64,000 nucleotides of DNA from Hydrolagus affinis (taxonomy: Eukaryota), in contig JAAILG010000813.1 of assembly GCA_012026655.1 (NCBI GenBank), forward strand, positions 1-64,000. Direction: 5' to 3'. A program made the translations under genes and the position numbers. Of the stretch, positions 61,601-64,000 are shown piece after piece. The first letter of the stretch is position 1, and each line of letters opens with the position of its first letter. Under the pieces are notes generated by a model, which had not been told where the DNA came from, did not search any database, and saw nothing but the letters and a program-made list of their open reading frames with translations.

Positions 61601-63904
61601 AGGTTAAGAGAGGAAGAAATTATGTCCAAAGCATATTTTTGAAAACTAGAAACAAGAATTGTTTCTCATCCACAGTATTTAAAATATTTATTTAGTCCCA
61701 CCAATTTATATAAAGCTCATTAAACTATTGTACCTTGGACTAATTCTCATACCTTAAGAAAATGAGACAATCAAAATATTAAATTAGTTCACAAAATCCT
61801 GTGATAGCCTTCAGCATTCCAAGGTGCAAACTAGTGGGATAAAATAAATGTCTGGTTCAATAACTTCGGTACATAACCAGATGTGAAAAACATTTTCTTT
61901 TTTGAAATACTGAAGCCTTGATATTTTGGCTCATTAAGAAACACAGCAGCAGGAAGGGGACTACTCAAACACACTGATGTCTTTAAATTGGAAGTAATTT
62001 ATCGAAGTAAAGATTTGGGTATACTCAGGAAATGTTCCTCGGTTTATAAATGACTTTATTAAAGCACATGCTGAGACACGCAAAAACCTCATTAAGAAAC
62101 TAAAGAAAAATTGCAATACTGAATCAACAAAAGCAATACATCTTGACACTAGTAAATAGTAAGACAATTATAATTGTAATAGAATCTTTGTTAATGACGC
62201 AGTGATCTTCTTTTAAATTAGTTTTGCAACTGGGTGCCTGTGTGAAAGGGCTAGTTCTGTGCACTTGTGTATCAAACTCAGAGTAGACCACAATCTGTCA
62301 AGTCCATGCTGCCATAAAATGTTTGGCATACCATAGAAATTCCACTTCCCCACCCTTTACCCCACATTCCTTAATCGCCAAATATCTTGATAGTACATCT
62401 CTTACCTGAAATGACTGAGAAAACCAAAGGCTACGAGATGGAAATGAGCAAGGTAACCAATGCTGCCCTTTCACTTCTCCCAGCAACCAGTTACAAAATG
62501 GTGTCAGATTTTAGAGAAAAAGTTACCTACTTTACACTTCAGGCAACAGCTCGTCTAGTCACAAAGCATTGCTACCTATTGCTAAGCATGGCTACAGTAG
62601 AGTGGGTCAACGGCAATTTGTAAACAATACAAAGCCACTGTACATGAAACATACAAAGCATGTTCCAGCAGGTCAGAGCTGCCGATGATGTTTGCCTGTG
62701 ATTATACCTATTGCTAAACTTTGCACCACATGCTGTAATTAAACAGGCTCAGGCAATGGTCTCAGGAATGTCAAACACAAACCCACTGGAGGAAAGTCAT
62801 TAAAACAATTACAGGGCAGACATAACTACAATCATCTTCTCACATCAACAGGAGTCCATACTTTAAAGTATTGTGCATTTTGCAAGCAAAATAAAGTACA
62901 GCCAATTAATCGGCACCAATATCCCAGAAACGGTTGTGAACTATTAAGACGTCAATTACATTGGGAGAGAGGGCTTCCCTCCTTTCAACATTTATATGCC
63001 ACCGCGCCCCCCCACCCCCACCACCCCCCTTAAGATTTCCTAAGCCAAGCCCAATCTTGTTCTCGTGTAATGTTTATACAGCCACACTTTCTAGAAGGGG
63101 AGGGGGGGCGGTCACTGGTTAACAATCAGGAGTCAGAATCCTGACAGGATTCTTTCATTTATTGAACCCAATTATAATGCCTTTATTGCTGTCCCTTCTG
63201 ACATCAATCAACTCAGCACAGACAGATTTGAACCTGTAACCTTATGTCTTGAATGAAAGTTCGATTGAGAACATCAACTCACGAGACAAGTACAGGACAA
63301 AAGTAGAGATAAAACAAAATCTTAAAACAAATATATAATATAATAAAACTTTTCACATCTGGTTCATACTTTAAAAATTTGTCATCACTCCAAAGAAAAG
63401 ATCTAATTAATCAAAATTGGTTTGTCAGCCCTTAATAGAAACTTGGGACAGTGAAAGATTCAATAATACCACCTTCTATACATGTGATCTCTTTCCCCTT
63501 CCTTTTTGTATGCAGTCTGGTTCAATTTCTTCTACATGGTGGATAACCTGTTCCACTTGGGAAATCTGGTTTGGCAGTATGGGAGCATCATCATGTCGAT
63601 GCAGCAAATCTAAAATGACTTCCTCAGCAGAGAACTTCAAGCAGCTCCTTCAATCTTCATTATTCGGTATGTTTTTATTAACAAAAAAGTGAATAAAAGT
63701 GAACTGTGATCTTACCTACTGTAAGTAATAAATACAAAGGAATTTATAACTAACTCTATTCAACCGCAAAGCATAAGTTGAACTCAACAGAGCATTGTAA
63801 GTCAAATATTTTCCAGGTAACCAACAGCGAATAATTACTAACCTAAACACACACTTTATACAATAATACCTTATCCACCCCACATATTACACAATCATAA
63901 ATTA

Positions 63905-64000
63905 CCTGTCCTAGGTAGGGTTAGGAGGTCACAGAGGTTGGGTGGGTCAAGGTTGTGGAGCGCTTTGAATGTGAGGACCGGGATCTTGAACAGTATTTAC
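63905..64000 (-). mobile_element. L2 ORF2 3' fragment
   Basis: ggaggtcacagaggttgggtgggtcaaggttgtggagcgctttgaatgtgaggaccgggatcttgaac, reverse complement of FKIPVLTFKALHNLDPPNLCDL. Confidence 0.7.

Larger units (their letters stand above)
23412..64000 (-). other. MCU: MCU intron 1 (over 40 kb; exon 1 outside the window)
   Basis: No targeting-peptide exon or CpG island was seen. Vertebrate MCU has a very long first intron and is head-to-head with MICU1. Confidence 0.75.

Overview
Vertebrate genomic DNA, AT-rich and CpG-depleted. The repeat landscape (tRNA-Ala-headed Deu-domain SINEs with (ATT)n tails, L2, CR1 and Penelope-like retroelements) points to a cartilaginous fish, possibly a chimaera/elephant-shark relative (inference). 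The window holds coding exons 2-8 of MCU (mitochondrial calcium uniporter) on the minus strand (13668-23411; 903 nt, 300 aa plus stop, all GT-AG). About 40 kb of its long intron 1 (23412-64000) follows; the exon encoding the targeting peptide lies outside the window. Downstream on the same strand is a signal-peptide first exon (885-948) matching OIT3/LZP by structure and synteny. Most other ORFs in the track are spurious. The most notable unexplained structures are: a 1.33-kb non-TE segment ending in a SINE tail and bracketed by an exact 25-bp direct repeat; a candidate ATG-terminated alternative first exon of MCU; a foldback element with a telomere-like core and 9-bp flanking duplication; a miR-25/92 8-mer between proximal and distal MCU poly(A) signals; and a Penelope hammerhead-like core. 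No CRISPR array, rRNA or true tRNA gene was seen. Repeat boundaries were read by eye and are approximate.
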